From: Octopus sinensis
Taxonomy: Eukaryota
Length of the DNA: 64,000 nucleotides
Assembly: GCF_006345805.1 (NCBI RefSeq)
Contig: NC_043011.1
Coordinates: 38,204,464-38,268,463, forward strand
Reading direction: 5' to 3'
Shown here: one piece after another, positions 12,418 through 26,723 of the stretch
Position numbering within the stretch: position 1 is the first letter of the stretch
How the letters are laid out: every line of letters starts with the position of its first letter
Made by a program: the position numbers and the translations under genes
The notes under the pieces: model-generated
The model's database searches: none
The model's input: the letters and a program-made list of their open reading frames with translations, nothing else
Told to the model about the DNA's origin: nothing

Positions 12418-14375
12418 TATATATATATATGTATTCTTCTAAGATAGGTTTATGCCGTGAATATTTCATCACTCGAGCCTCACAAATAAGAGTCATACAT
12501 TTTGTAGCTTGTTGGTCATCAGTAATGTTTTTTTTTGTGATGCAATATTATTAGTTCCAGGTGCGTTGAAGTAGTTAACTAATCTCTCATAGACTTAGAG
12601 CGATACCCACTGAGATAGTTGGAACTTAATATATTGCTGCTTGTGACAAATTGGTTGCATTGTAATTTTTCTTCCTATTATTGATATTATTACATTAATA
12701 ACTGATATAATTGTATTCGCTAAATGTAAGAATATGAATATATTGAATCCAGCGGTGGTCAAGATAAATGATAAACTCCGATTTATATACTTATATATTT
12801 ATATATTTATATATTTCATATACTCTGTACAAAGAAACTAATATAATATATTACATGAATAATTCTATGTTATGTAACTGTTTGTGGTATTTGGTTTTGT
12901 TTTTATCCATATAATATAGCAGTATATGAAATGATAATAGAATCTCGAAATGAATTATTCTTACAACAACCAGGATTGCTATTATTCATGCAATTCCGAT
13001 AGATGTAAATATAGAGCAAGATGCGGAGATGCAGAAATAGTGAAATTTGTATTGAGGGTCATAGTTGAGATATTTAAGAAATGGCATACGATAATAACAG
13101 TAAAGCACAGCATGTCGATTTTAGCTATGGTCATAATCACCACTGTATTTTAACGTGTTGTAACACACGTATAAATTAATCATATATAAACACTTCCCTC
13201 ACTAATTCACAAAAGTTAGAACTCAGAAATTATTTTTAGCGAGCAAAATGTTGGTTCATTACGTTGGACATTTCTAGCGATCTTATGAATAGTTATCAGT
13301 AAAATGCTTCGCTGTAAATATATCGATTCAGTACGCTCTGAGTTCAAAATCTTGCTGAGGTCAACTTTGTGTTTTCGTTCTTCCAGTAAGGGGCTATAAA
13401 AAGTATTAATCTATAGTAATAATCAATAAAATATACTCGGGATCGATTTACTTACGGGATCGTAAGAACGTCGAACCGGATGTTTCGTACTTGTTCTCTG
13501 CGCTCTGACTTCAAAATCTAGCCGCAGTCAAATTTATTTTCCATTCTTTCAGGAATCGATAAAACGAATACTGATCTCTTGCAATTGTTCTATGTATCCT
13601 GGGTTCAACTACTCTTGTAGCCTCTTTGAATGGTTAAAAACGACTACTTGGTGCCTTAGGTATTCTTTGGCGAGCACTCCGTTGCATTCAGGCCAGGTAT
13701 CCAGGTTGAAAATAACTTCTTCCCTCTGCCTTACCCGACTCAGAGTCCTTGGCAATTGTCATAAACAGTCTTCTCTCAAAAATTAAAAGATAAAACTCAT
13801 TATAGCCAAATCTCAATTCAATCGCACCCAACCATTTTTTGAAATATATGCGTAGTCAACATTCACTAAAATTACATATGTGTATGGAAAAGTCCGTGTG
13901 TCATATGGTTAGAAAAGAGTTTCCTGGCGCTTCGGATGTAAATTGTGTCTGGCGGAAAACAAAGCTTTTGAAAACATTTTTCATTTTCTAAGACAGATAC
14001 TCAGATTCCTACCTGAGATTCGTTTGATTTCATTTGAAATACGATATTCTTTGTGCTTTAGATTCGCTGGAATAGAGCGAGCTGAACTATCTCCTCAACT
14101 ATGTAATGCTATAAGCGTATATTTCGGTATGTGTACTTCCGCATATAATTAATGTTCGTACAAATATTTGTGTTATATGTACAAACATATGCAAAATAAA
14201 GCTTGAACACTTGAAATATGCACTGTTTTCTTTAGGCTAAAACAAAGACTCAGCTCCCGAACATGACATTCGTTTAAGTTCCTTTTAAATATGAGCTCCT
14301 TTGTACCCTGAATTTGCTGGAAACGGAGCAACCATATCAATCTCGTCGACAATGTCACGAAATGATATGTATATA

Positions 14376-14814
14376 GGTGCAGGAGTGGGTGTGTGGTAAG
14401 TAGCTTGCTTACCAGCCACATGGTTTTGCGTTCATTCCCACTGCGTGGCAACTTGGGCAAGTGTCTTCTACTATAGCTTCGGATTGACCAAAGCATTGTG
14501 AGTGAATTTGGTAGACGGAAACCGAAAGAAGCCTGACGTATAAATGTATATGCATATGTATATATATATACATATATATATATATGTGTGTGTGTGTATG
14601 TGTAGGTATATGTTTGTGTGTCTGTGTTTGTCCCCCCAACATCGCTTAACAACCGATGCTGGTGTGTTTACGCCCCCTTAACTTAGCGGTTCGGCAAAAG
14701 AGAACGATAGAATAAGTACTAGGCTTCCACATAATAAGTCCTGGGGTCGATTTGCTCGACTAAAGGCAGTGCTCCAGCATGGCCGCAGTCAAATGACTGA
14801 AACAAGTAAAAGAG
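14376..14814 (+). mobile_element. CORE-type SINE (OR2-like), full length
   Basis: Complete head, CORE, internal (TA)n(TG)n and tail ...CAGCATGGCCGCAGTCAAATGACTGAAACAAGTAAAAGAG. Confidence 0.9.
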
Positions 14815-16890
14815 TATACCTGCACACACGCTTTATGTTCGTAGAAATGTTTGTGTTACATTTACAAACACATGCAAAGATGTCGCCCGCATTTAACAAA
14901 TATAATAGAATACATGCAAAGAGAAACAACTTGGATTACAAGCGAACTTTTTAGGGAAGTATCGATGAGAGTGCAATGGTTTGATGCATTCAAGAATATG
15001 AATTGCTACGACTAGCATAGAAACATGATAGATTTGAAGTGATTACGTCTAAAGGATCCACAAACAGCATTGACTCAAGGCGTTCTTCAATTAAATTCAA
15101 TTTCCATGATGACACCGTTTCTGTTGAATAATCGTTACATTCTTCTCTATAAGTGTGTGTAAGCTTATCCGCACTTTCTTAATCATTGAATTGAAAAGAA
15201 ATACTCGCAAATGAATGCAAATATTCACAAGATATCCTATTGCTCAATGCTCAAAACCTTCGTGGGAATTCTGTGACACATTTAAGCAAAATTCTTTGCA
15301 CAACGAATTCAATTTATATAAAGCAATTATTGCATTTACTACCACATAAAAGATTCTGAAATAAGAATTTTCATGTGACGTAAATTCAGTGTTGCTATTT
15401 AAATAAGCACCGCCTATGAAGTTGAGAATGAAATAACAGCAAAGTTCATGCTTATTCTCAACAAAATAATGCAAAACTTCACAGCAGAAATCATATTATA
15501 TTATTGTAATCTTCTTACAATAGGTATTTTTGAAATATTTTTTCAGATTTCAAAAAAAAAATATTCTATATTGCTTTTTGTTTCTTATTTTTTTAAGTGT
15601 GTTACATTATCTCATTTCTATTTCCCAATCCGATTTTTCTTAGATATAAATGTGCAAAACTTCTTTTCTTTCCTTCTTTTTATTTATTTTAAAAAAATTA
15701 TTTATATAATTTTTTTTCGGTTAAGTCTGTAAACATGTCCAATATGATTCATTCACTTGTTGCTAATTGTTAGAATGGTTTGTTTCGAAAGCCAACTTTT
15801 GTTGTTTTCATCTTTTGTTACAAAATATTCAAGGTGATCAACAACCAGAATCTTTGGCACAGCAGACAAAAATATTTACTGACATTTCTTCCAGTTTCAA
15901 ATTTTGAGCTCCAATATTGCCGCGTTTAACTTTGTGTTTCGGCTTTGCAAACTCAAATTCTAGAGAATTTCAAGACGACGAGTTAAGATTGGCTATTATC
16001 TTATTTCATGGTAAATGCTGTAGTTTTCTAACGAATACAAATACTCTAAAAGAAGTGAACTTTACCAAACGTCTCCCGCAATGACCGAAAACTAGAAGAA
16101 TTTCACCATTACCAATTAAATAAATACACTATTACAAAATTCTCTAAAAGAATCCATAATTCCATATGTAGGAAAAAGAAGGGTAGATGGGGAACTGTAT
16201 CATGAAGGTCCAAATCGAGAGAAGACATATTCTGTCTATGGAATAGAATCAATAATGGATTTAAGATACTATTCTTTCTAGGGAATTTTCGAAAACACTA
16301 AATGGAGCTTGTAATATACACGTTTTAGTAAATGCTATAACATACGGTCCACTCTTCTGGCCAATACGTCGTAGACTTCAGTTATTCCTTAAATAAGAAC
16401 TTTGCTTTGATTTTTATCTCTATTTTTGAAAGCCTTTCACCTGTTACCTATTGTGTATACTTACTTAAGAAAAAAATTTATGTGTCCAACAATAAAAAAC
16501 TTTTGTAATTTGGGATGTTTCCAAATAATACAACTTTGAGGACAGAGGTTCATAATACTGATCGATAAGCACAGTGGTTAGAGTGTCAGAAAGAATGCTG
16601 TGCAGTATTGCTGCCGGCTCGCAGAACTCCAGGTTCAAAGCTGCTGGTCGCTAGATTGCTCTTCATCCTTTTGAAGCTGCATAATACTCAAGTACTTGCT
16701 TTAGTCCGTTGCCCTGTGCTTCTGTCTTTATTTTCCTCAATTTTTTTCTCTTTCTGTCCCATTTTCCCTCTCAAGGACACATTTGATTGACTATAACTAG
16801 TAACAAATATTTGCATATGCATATATACGTACATACATACCTATATATATATATATAATGTGTGTGTGTGTTGCTTGTGCTTGTATGTGC

Positions 16891-18290
16891 GTTAAAAAGA
16901 TGAGACAATAAAGCCAACGCTGTGTGGAATTCTTAGGACATTTATAAAGAGAATGTTAGTGTTACGGCTTTTTCTGGGATATTAAGTATATCCCTTCATC
17001 AGAGACGATGTGAGATGGTTAAATGGAGGGAAATAGTATAATTCAATATAAGGAATTATTCTGGAAAAGGATGGAAGTATGAAGTATAATAAGATAAATA
17101 AGAGAATAAAAGTAAAAATAGAAAAATATATCTAGGATTTTATAGCTGAAGTTTCATTATCCAAGAAAGGTGGTGTGTCGAAGTGGTATAAATGTTTCTT
17201 GTCGATGGTATGTAAATTCCGATAGGAGTTCGTATTTTATCATTACAAATGGAAAGTGTGGATACGTACATTCCATGTACAATTCATTCAAAGGGGGTCT
17301 TGTAGTGTGAATTGGCCAGTGGTTAGGGCAGCGGACTCGCGGTCATAGGATCACGGTTTCGATTCCCAGACCGGGCGTTGTGAGTGTTTATTGAGCGAAA
17401 ACACCTAAAAGCCCCACGAGGCTCCGGCAGGGGATGGTGGTGATCCCTGCTGTACTCTTTCGCCACAACTTTCTCTCACTTTTACTTCCTGTTTCTGTTG
17501 TACCTGTATTTCAAGGGGCCGGCCTTGTCACTCTCTGTGTCACGCTGAATATCCCCGAGAACTACGTTAAGGGTGCACGTGTCTGTGGAGTGCTCAGTCA
17601 CTTACACGTTAATTTCACGAGCAGGCTGTTCCGTTGATTCGGATCAACCGGAACCCTCATCGTCGTAACCGACGGAGTGCTTCCTGTCCTCCTCTCTGTA
17701 GTGTGAATGAAAATTTGAGAATGTAGTGGTAATATTAAGTAGATAGAGAGGAGAGAAATAAGACATATATGTTAAAATGACCATTCTCCTCATTTTAACA
17801 TACACATCTTTTCTCTTCACATTTTCCATTTGCAATGGACAAGAAGCATTTCTACCACTTCTACACACTACTTTCCTTGGATAATGAAACTGCAAGTATA
17901 ACAACCTATATATACTTTTATTTTTACCTTTATTCTCTTATTTCCCTTCATTCTTATTATTTCCATCCTTTTCCAAAATAACTCCTTATATTGATCTCTA
18001 GTATTTCTCTCTATTTAACCATTTCACACCGTCTCTGATGAAAGGGCTATCCCTAATATCCCAGAAAAACCTCTAAGAATAATTTTCACTTTATAAATGT
18101 CCTGAAAATTCCACACAGTCTTGGTTTTATTGTCTCATTTTATTTAACATATATATCCTCATACAAGACTCGCATTAGATTCCTCACTCGTATTATTATC
18201 GAACCGAGAGTTTAACTACGGACATTCCATAGCACTTAAATAGCGTTACCTGCCACCATGGATCTTCTGGATACCAATATCTCTCATAAC
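16891..18290. mobile_element. Penelope-like family 1 remnant as a diverged inverted pair (~16891-17215 minus; ~17825-18148 plus), each arm with a degenerate hammerhead
   Basis: The arms are reverse-complementary. CTGATGA-AGGGATAT-ACTTA-ATATCCCA-GAAA lies on minus at 16959-17006, and GTCTCTGATGAAAGGG...ATATCCCAGAAAA on plus at 18031-18068. Confidence 0.6.
17313..17696 (+). mobile_element. tRNA-Arg-like SINE (OR1-like), tail type A (RTE-like), with 12-bp TSD
   Basis: TSD TGTAGTGTGAAT at 17301-17312 and 17697-17708. A/B boxes present; tail ...TCGTCGTAACCGACGGAGTGCTTCC. Confidence 0.9.
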
Positions 18291-18719
18291 TTATATGTAT
18301 ATATAATATATATATATACATTATCGTTATAGAAAACACTTCATAGTGCTCGAATCATTCAAACTTCAACTCCGATATCTTTACGAGGGTCTAATACTGC
18401 AGGATAAACAATGGCCAGAAAAGAATTCAAGTTGTGTAGGTATGGATGTAGTTATGCGTATAAATACATTAAATATATGGGCTTGTGTTTTGTATACAAT
18501 GTGTGTGTGTATATGTGTCTGTATGCGGGCGCATGTATTCAAAAGAAAGCAAAGACTGAAGATATATATATACACATACATATACACGCATACATAAATA
18601 GATGTCGTTTGTACTCTCTGTATGTTTGATCTATAAATACATAAATATTTAAATATTTATAGTTAAATATTCATCGTCTGACAATTTTCAGTCTTTGCTT
18701 TCTTTTTGTTTTTTACATG

Positions 18720-18771
<52 letters not shown>

Positions 18772-18998
18772 GAAGCCCATGCTGATATATTTCATTTGTT
18801 TATCCGTATAATTGACTCTATATCTCCTTGCTTGGTTTTCCTCTTATAACCACTCCTTAGCCCGCAGTATTAATCCCTCGGAAAGACATCGTAGGCTAAG
18901 TTTGAATCATTGGAGCATTACTAGGAGTTGCCTTTACCGAGAATCTCTGGATTTCATTTGCTGGCTATAAATAATATATGCCTATTATATATGTATAT

Positions 18999-19029
<31 letters not shown>

Positions 19030-19030
19030 G

Positions 19031-19072
<42 letters not shown>

Positions 19073-19174
19073 TATATATATTATATATATTATATATATA
19101 ATATATATATATATATATACGTTTAAATACTTTTGTGGCAAGATTTTTTATGTGAAGTGGTGTGTTTGAAACAG

Positions 19175-20286
19175 ATATTGTTATATTTCGGAATGGTCAT
19201 ATTGCCAGTTTAGCCAATAAAAACACACGCACTATATATTTGGTGTTATTTTGCTTCAGTGATATTTATTTTTACATTATCTTAATCTTATTGCGGCCAA
19301 AGTTCTTTCGTCACACTCCTGTGACCGCATCGTGGTCCTTTGTTTTCTTCTCATTACTGTGTGGTCTCTCCTTACTAACCGTCAGCCATTTTGTATTTCT
19401 ATTGTATGTCTTCATTGCGCATGCTTATATCTCTATGTGCGTCTATGTTTATTTAGTGTGTGGGGGGGATGCCTGTAATATTTGTATCTTCTGGTTATAT
19501 ACATTCTTGTAATTTGTATTTTGTTTTTGTTGTTGTTGCTTTGGTTCTAATTTTGTTCATGTGTTTACATCCACCCATTATTATCATTACATATGCTTGT
19601 ATGTGTGTACAACACAATATTAGTAATAATAATAATAAATCTAATCGAAAAAAAAAAATATATACCATATACATATATATATACATTACATATTACATAT
19701 ACATATACATATATATACATATATACACACATACATAACATATAGATATTCATTTCTATTTCTTAATTACTGTGTATTTATTATGTTTGCAGATCCACTA
19801 TTGTCATATGTTTTTTTCGATTAGATTTATTATTATTATTACTAATATTGTTGTTATACTTACAACAAGCATATGTAATGATAATAATGGGTGGATGTAA
19901 ACACATGAACAAAATTAGACAAAAGCAAAACAACAAAAACAAATACAAATTACAAGAATGTATATAACCAGAAGATACAAATATTACAGGCATCCCCCAC
20001 ACACACCTAAATAAACATAGACGCACATAAGGATATAAGCATGCGCAAATGAAGACATACAATAGAAATACAAAATGGCTGACGGTTAGTAAGGAGAGAC
20101 ACAAGTAAGTGAGAAGAAAACAAAGGACCACTGATGCGGTCACAAGAGTGTGACGAAAGAACTTTGGCCGAAATAAGATTAAGATAATGTAAAAATAAAT
20201 ATCACTGAAGCAAAAAACACCAAATATATAGTGTGTTTTTTTATTGGCTAAACTGGCAATATGACCATTCCGAAATATAACAATAT
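19175..20286. repeat. Large inverted repeat (~480-bp arms, ~155-bp spacer), probably PLE-derived
   Basis: 19175-19654 is the reverse complement of 19811-20286, with scattered small indels. The right arm runs directly into (TA)n; the left arm is ~55 bp from (TA)n. Confidence 0.9.
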
Positions 20287-20536
20287 ATATATAATATATA
20301 TATAAATTACTCAATAATAATATACATATGCATATAATTATATTAAGACGAGACATTAAAACAACTGCTTGTTGGAGTTAGGTCGCTTTCGTCCTTGCTC
20401 CCTTAATATAATTATATACATATGTATATTATTATTGAATTAATGTATAAATTACTTATAAATTTTTATAGCATGCTGACTACCTGATAAAAATCATTAA
20501 TGTGATTTTTATCCTTATTTTCTATATATACATATA

Positions 20537-20873
20537 GGCGCAGAAGTGGCTGTGTGGTAAGTAGCTTGCTTCCCAACCACATGGTTCCGGGTTTAGTCCC
20601 ACTGCTATAGCCTCGGGCCGGCCGATGAGTGGATTTGGTAGACTGAAACTGAAAGAAGCCTGTCGGATATATGTATATATATATATACTATATATATATA
20701 TTATATGTATATGTGTGGTGTATGTTTGTCTGTCTGTGTTTGTTCCCCTAACATTGCTGTGTGTTTAGCGTTCGGCAAAAGAGCGGATAGAATAAGTACT
20801 GGGCTTACAAAGAATAAGTCCCGGGGTCTCCAGCATGGCCGCAGTGAAATGACTGAAACAGTAAAGAGTAAAG
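20537..20873 (+). mobile_element. CORE-type SINE with internal deletions
   Basis: GGCGCAGAAGTGGCTGTGTGGTAAGTAGC head and CCAGCATGGCCGCAGTGAAATGACTGAAAC tail. Confidence 0.8.
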
Positions 20874-20879
20874 GGAGCA

Positions 20880-20951
<72 letters not shown>

Positions 20952-20956
20952 ATGTA

Positions 20957-21088
<132 letters not shown>

Positions 21089-21109
21089 GATGGATGCAAA
21101 CTCATATCT

Positions 21110-21815
21110 ATCTATTCGAGTATTGTCATCTCCTGATCGAAAGTCTCACACATGCGAAGGCTACGACCAACTACTTTTGTGATAGATCTTACTTTTTGCT
21201 TTTTTTTTTTGACAAGCGATGACTGTGCATGGTGATATTCTATAGTGAGGAGAGGATTTGCACAAATGGAATCCCACTCTCTGAAGATGGACATTATAAA
21301 CTCGAAAAGAAGAACTACTTCATCGAATATTGTCGGTGCCGTAGGTTTCCTCTCAGAGTTTCCCTCTCCTAGGGAGATGTTATGGCAACAACAGAGAAGC
21401 CTCCCACTTCCAGGGGGACAATCGTGCGCTTGGGCACCATCCAAGGTATTTCCACATCCTTGCGTATACATACATAAGGAATTTCTAAATAAAATTGTAC
21501 AATGACATACATACATACATACAGACAGGCAGGAAGACAGGTAGACAGACAGACATACGTACATACATACATACATACATACATACATACATACATACAT
21601 ACATACATACATACGTACATACACATGTATGCATATTGTCGGATGAGCTTTGACCGCCGTTTACCCAGTCGTTTTTTTTCGTCCTGTAGGGTGTCCAGCA
21701 ATCACCCTCCCCCACCAAGTGAGCCTTAGGGGGTAGCCACTTTAGTCGCCGATGATCCGACCATGCAACAGATTGCACTAGGTTACATATTACCGGTAGC
21801 GCCCGAGAGCGACCT
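21110..21815 (-). mobile_element. Probable 5' region (UTR and start of ORF) of an RTE-clade LINE, interrupted by (TACA)n
   Basis: Minus-strand translation gives ...ESGIPFVQILSSL*NITMHSHRLSKK...[20 protein letters not shown], which resembles RTE N-terminal leaders as I recall them. GC-rich relative to flanks; no catalytic motif seen. Confidence 0.45.
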
Positions 21816-22236
21816 GACTATATGTGTGTTTGTGTGTGCGTGTGTTTGTTTCTGTGTGTGTGCGTGTGTGTGTGTGTTTCCCCGACCGTCCATACATATA
21901 CATTCACATCTTCATTAAAAACATATACCTTAAACATATTCCTTTGATGTTACTAAACGTCGTTGTACTTAGAAACGTAAATGTATTGTTTGTATCAAAC
22001 TAAGCCAATATGGATGAAGAAAGATTCGTTATTAAACCCAAAAAATAGAAAACAAACGCATCCGTGTTTTAACCATAACTGAGAATATTTGAAAAATATA
22101 CACGCACCAATGCATTCATACATACATACATAAATATATATATATATATATACATAAAAAACGGCATACCCACATATATGTATACATATATAATAAATAT
22201 ATATATATATATGTATGTATGTATATATATAATATA

Positions 22237-22359
<123 letters not shown>

Positions 22360-22844
22360 GTCTGTATAGCACTTCGCTCGTTATATTTTCATATACAAGT
22401 CTCAAAGACACCTGTTCATATCAGATTTAATAAGAAACATTGAATAAATGATATTTCATGTAATAACGTATCAATTTTATATAAATGTTTAATTTTCTAT
22501 TCACTAAATTAAATATAAATGAAGAACTCTTCTGCTTTTTTTTTTTTTTTTGCTTTTTGTTCTTTCTTTGGCAAAATGAATATATATGAATATATCATGT
22601 CCAAGCATATTTTCTAGTTTCTATTGATGCCAAAGAAAACTACGACAAAAAATATTTTCTGATTTGTCCATTGTTTGTATTTCCAGGCATTTTTCCATTA
22701 TTTGCATTTTAATAAATCATCTTCATGCAATCTATTCCATGCCAATCCACACCCACCTGGTTTTCTTCACCAATCCTTCCTTACATCGCTCATGGTTTCT
22801 TTCTTCGGCTTATATATTTTTTTTTCATATTTGATTAATACTTA

Positions 22845-22904
22845 GATGATGATGATTATTATTATTACTATTATTATTAATATTATTATTATTACTATTT
22901 TATT

Positions 22905-22935
<31 letters not shown>

Positions 22936-22947
22936 CTATTATTATCA

Positions 22948-23010
<63 letters not shown>

Positions 23011-23045
23011 CCATCATCATCATCATTATCAGTAATAGTAGTAGC
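22845..23045. repeat. Compound (ATT)n/(ATC)n trinucleotide microsatellite (others: 26112-26203, 26660-26722 (TAG)n, 27355-27525, 34430-34505)
   Basis: Direct inspection. Confidence 0.95.
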
Positions 23046-23156
23046 AGTATTGTCTTAATGTTCTCAGCCTAATAGACACAGTTAACCATTGCTAGAGTAA
23101 TGAAAGATAGCTTCAATTCCCAATGGTGTTTTCAGCGGACTTACGTAAATAAATGT

Positions 23157-23187
<31 letters not shown>

Positions 23188-23605
23188 GAATGTATGTATG
23201 TATGTATATATGTATGAATGTAATAAAGGAAATGAAAAGACGAACTCGAAAAGATTTATTTTAGCGAAAATGCTTTTAATGTCCATTGATATGTACGGCG
23301 ACTATCAGCATGTATATGCTTGCCGACTTGCGTGTATGTGTGTGAGTGTAGGTGTGTGCGTGTGTGTCTCTGTGGTGTGTGTGTGTGTTATTTTGTGTGC
23401 GCGCGAGAGTTTTGATATGTGTATATGTGGAGAAGGATTCTCCGCCCACTCAGACATAAATATGTTTAAATATAATGGATACATACATATACATATAGAC
23501 GAATGTGTGAAAGTATATATACATACACACCACATATACATATATGCATATATAATTTATTTATATGTATATGTGCGTTTAAAAAATGTATGTATATATA
23601 TAATA

Positions 23606-23637
<32 letters not shown>

Positions 23638-25086
23638 CTATATATACATATATATATATGTTTGTGTGTGTGTGTAATGTGTTATATGTGTGTGTATCTG
23701 TTCTGCTTTATTTCAAGATTTCTTGCCAAAAGAGAAAGACCCCGATTCTAATCTAGATCCAACGATCCTTCATTGGAATTTCAACATGAAAAACAGGGTA
23801 TTTTGTATGTATGTATGTACGTACGTATGTATAAAAAGATGTGTCTATGCGGTAAGAAATTTTGCTTCTGAATGCATACAGATGGATAAGATGTTTCAGG
23901 ATAGGGAACACTGCACGGTAAACAAAACACGCAGAAGATGGCCTTCAACTGCAGAGCACCGACTGGAATCACGAGGTACGGAACGAATTGATTCGCGCCA
24001 GACGAGTAAAATCCGTAAGCTCGCTGCACTACCGGGATATAAACGCAATGCTTTATAGAATATTTGAAACCGGTTCGTTACGATATCGATGATAATTTCT
24101 TAGAATTTCAGCGAAGTCAACTGTATTTTGCATCTACTCGAGGTCGACAAAATGAAATACCACTCAGGGACTGAGGTAGATAATAGCGACTAATTCTAAG
24201 TTCTGAAACAAGCTTGAATTTCTTATGCCGTAAGTTCAATTCCCAATAGGAAGAATTATTTACTTTAAGCTCACGGTTCTTCATAAAAATGCCTGAGTTT
24301 GTTATGTTGGATTATGTCTTGTCGCTAAATTATATTATGTGCATGTTTTAACTCAATTTCCTTATTATATATCATTCCACTTATTCTTATATTATCTCAA
24401 ACTGATATGTATATATATTTACATGCGCACACTAAGCATTCAAGAATGCAAAGTATGTCTGACTGTAAGTTTACATGTACATATGTGTGTGTGTATGTGT
24501 GTGTGTGTGCGTTTATGTGTGTATTTATATATGCTAATATCGAACAGTGAGAATCAGCACTGCATTGGTGGATAAATATTCTTTGTTTGTTAACAAGGTT
24601 ACCATTGTTTTCATGCAGCTTTTATTAGCAATTATCACGCATACTACAAGAGACGTTCTCTATCGTCTACATATTTAATTATATTGAGCGAAATGGACAA
24701 TTCGACCTGCATAAAATTCTAACAGGAGCCAAAAATGCTTGGCGGCATTTTGTCCATCTTCACGGTCTAAGCAAAAATTCCTTCGAGGTTCAATTTGCCT
24801 TTCAACTATTCGAGACTGAACACTGACTGACCCTGCTTTCCCGAAATTGCTGGCTCTGTGCCAAAATTTGAAACCAATATATAGCAGAAGTATAGAACAC
24901 AGTATTCAAAATGAAAGGGAGAATGTTATGTATGACTTTAATAACGGACGTTTCACATCGTGTTATATGCATGTTACATTTCTGATCACCGTTATATATA
25001 CGAAGTGACTCTTAAAGAATTTGTTATTCGGGAAGGACAGAGAAATGAAAACAAAATACTTCTGCTTTTCTCTGGCAAATTACCTA

Positions 25087-25127
<41 letters not shown>

Positions 25128-25147
25128 TGGTGTGTGTGTGTGTGTGT

Positions 25148-25178
<31 letters not shown>

Positions 25179-25233
25179 TGTCGTGTGTGTGTGTGTGTGT
25201 ATGTGTATAGATATATATATAGGTATATATGTA

Positions 25234-25285
<52 letters not shown>

Positions 25286-26120
25286 AACACACATATATAT
25301 TTACATATATAATATATACAAATATATGTGTATAGATATATATATGTATATATACATATATATATTTGCATATATATACATATATATACTCATATATATA
25401 TATATATATATATAATATACACAAATATAAATACATATATATACATATATACATATGGATATATATGTATATATGTGGTTTGGAAGGAAGCGTCTTACCA
25501 CACAGCTACGCTGTGAAAGGAGCCGTCGGCATAGTAGATTTGAACCAGGAATTCACAAGTTTAGATGCGTTTGTATATATTTACATGTCCACATTGATCA
25601 AGAGATATATAAAGACAAATATATAGCAATGCAGATATGCACTTGAAACGAATAATATAAAGTAAGGGAATAGCAACGCTGGAGGAGAGGCACGGGAGGG
25701 GGCGGGAAGAGATCCGGGTTCAGAGGAAATTACATCGGAATCATTGTGTCAGATATGAATCATGATGGATTCTCATCTTTGATCTTTCATTGGGAAGGTT
25801 CTAGCTTCGTCTCTGCTAGATGAGATATTAATGAAGATCTTACTAAGCTATGCTCAAAAACACAAACCGAATAGTCAATTCTAGGATTCGGTATCAATAA
25901 TTCTCTTTACATTTAGACATGGAGAATATCTAATAGAGGAAGATATAATAGCGACAGTGGATTATCGACGCCAAATAGACCGTCATATAATAAGGAATAT
26001 TGAAGGAAAGTGAAAAGGGAAATTTCTCAATATCTGCAGATTTTAGATTGAGAAAAATACTTAAATTCCACTCCGTTTTGCATCACATATCATTGCATTA
26101 AAATATTCTGCTATTATTAA

Positions 26121-26205
<85 letters not shown>

Positions 26206-26206
<1 letters not shown>

Positions 26207-26616
26207 CAGCGAGTTGGCAGAAGCGTTAGCACGCCGTGCGAAATGCTTAGCAATATTTCGTCTATCTTTACGTCCTGAGTCCAAATTCCGCCAAGGTCGA
26301 CTTTGCCTTTCATCATTTCAGGGTCGATAAATTAAGTACCATTTGCGTACTGGAGTCGACCGAATTGACTGGCATCCGCCCCCAAGGGTAGAAACAAGTA
26401 TTATCATTATCATCATTATTATTTTTGCTGTTGTTGTTGTTGTTATTATTATTATTATTAAGAAGGCGGCGAGCTAACAGAATTTCTAGCACGCCGAGAA
26501 TAATGCTTATTGACATTCGGGATCGAAGTATTAAGTACCAGTGAAACATTGCAATCGATGTAATCGACTATTTTCCACCCCTAAATTTTAGGCCCTGTGC
26601 TTTTAGTAGAAAGGAT
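26206..26616 (+). mobile_element. Two tandem family B SINE copies (26206-26394 and 26464-26616) separated by an (ATT)n-type tail
   Basis: Both start with GGCGAGCT/TTGGCAGAA-type heads; the first has the GGTCGACTTTGCCTTTCATC core. Confidence 0.75.
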
Positions 26617-26682
26617 CATTATAAATGTTACTATTGTTATTATTGCTATTATTATTATTATTAGTAGTAGTAGTAGTAGTAT

Positions 26683-26721
<39 letters not shown>

Positions 26722-26723
<2 letters not shown>

